A stretch of 64,000 nucleotides of DNA, from assembly GCA_000004695.1 (NCBI GenBank), contig CM000152.2, forward strand, positions 4,640,001 to 4,704,000. Direction: 5' to 3'. Both the position numbers and the translations under genes were made by a program. Each line of letters begins with the position of its first letter. The stretch's first letter is position 1. The stretch is from Dictyostelium discoideum (lineage: Eukaryota). The notes under the pieces are model-generated. The model worked only from the letters and a program-made list of their open reading frames with translations. It was not told the origin of the DNA and searched no databases. Of this stretch, positions 63,616 through 64,000 are shown one piece after another.

Positions 63616-64000
63616 TTAAACAACTTCACGAGATTTTTGAGGGTGAGCTTGGCCTAATACAGAATGAGTTCCTTTTGATTCTTTTGATACACTTGAAGGG
63701 GTAGAAACCAAACGATATTCAGTTGTATCATCTTCATCATTGTTATATTCTTTTTCATTTTCAGATTCATCACTTGATTCAATAGTTGGTTGAGTTGTTG
63801 TACTATAAATACTTTCTTTTCCAGCTCTGGTACTTTGTACTATTGGACTAACATTTTCCATTGAACGTGATTCAATAATTGTTGAAGTTCTTGTCCTTGG
63901 AATTTCCAAATCTTCGTTATTCTTATAGGTATCAATTGATGACATTGATTCTGATTGCATTAATGGTTTCTTTTTACTTGGAATTGGATTTAAATTCTCT
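63616..64000 (-). CDS. 3' end (C-terminal about 128 aa) of a Ser/Thr/Glu-rich protein whose gene continues beyond the window end
   Basis: The minus-strand frame is open from base 64000 (..ENLNPIPSKKKPL MQSESMSSIDTYKNNEDLEI...) to the TAA at 63616-63618. The ORF-track Met at 63960 is internal. I recognised no domain. Confidence 0.4.
   Translation of the reverse strand, partial: ENLNPIPSKKKPLMQSESMSSIDTYKNNEDLEIPRTRTSTIIESRSMENVSPIVQSTRAGKESIYSTTTQPTIESSDESENEKEYNNDEDDTTEYRLVSTPSSVSKESKGTHSVLGQAHPQKSREVV

Overview
This window is nuclear DNA from a dictyostelid social amoeba, most like Dictyostelium discoideum, not a prokaryote. The evidence is the roughly 75-80% AT content, poly(A)/poly(T) deserts between genes, coding (CAA)n and (AAT)n runs giving polyQ and polyN, short AT-rich introns with GTAAGT or GTATGT donors and (T)nAG acceptors, and the Dictyostelium-specific FNIP repeats. 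I built every gene model by hand from the ORF track plus splice-site logic, so exon boundaries are approximate (+/- a few nt).

Gene content is mostly ordinary housekeeping genes, many encoding mitochondrial proteins: SCO1, COG3, two tandem ENT nucleoside transporters, CPSF1, a secreted GH13 alpha-amylase, a YIP1-family protein, a CobW/COG0523 GTPase, a 1.6-kaa FNIP/LRR/ankyrin protein, a Pirh2-like CHY/RING E3, NAC-beta/BTF3, the BCKDH E2 subunit (DBT), an ADCK/ABC1 kinase, YJU2/CCDC94, mitoribosomal L28, the NOA1/YqeH GTPase, and a papain-family cysteine protease with an extra N-terminal domain.

The unusual content is:
- a large secreted protein built from bacterial-adhesin-like CnaB/SdrD-B repeats at 3.6-6.6 kb, plus a decayed copy of the same motif near 43.6 kb;
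- a repeat-rich patch at 19.9-23.9 kb containing an initiator tRNA-Met gene with an inverted, truncated duplicate, a downstream external B box, two 5'-truncated TRE-type non-LTR retrotransposon fragments with poly(A) tails, a roughly 90-bp-arm foldback element, and an Hsp70 C-terminal pseudogene;
- two apparent 1-nt frameshifts in otherwise conserved genes, CPSF1 inside an (ATA/AAT)n run and the Pirh2-like gene inside a T4 run;
- a 100-N assembly gap that truncates a gene.

There are no CRISPR arrays, operons or rRNA genes.
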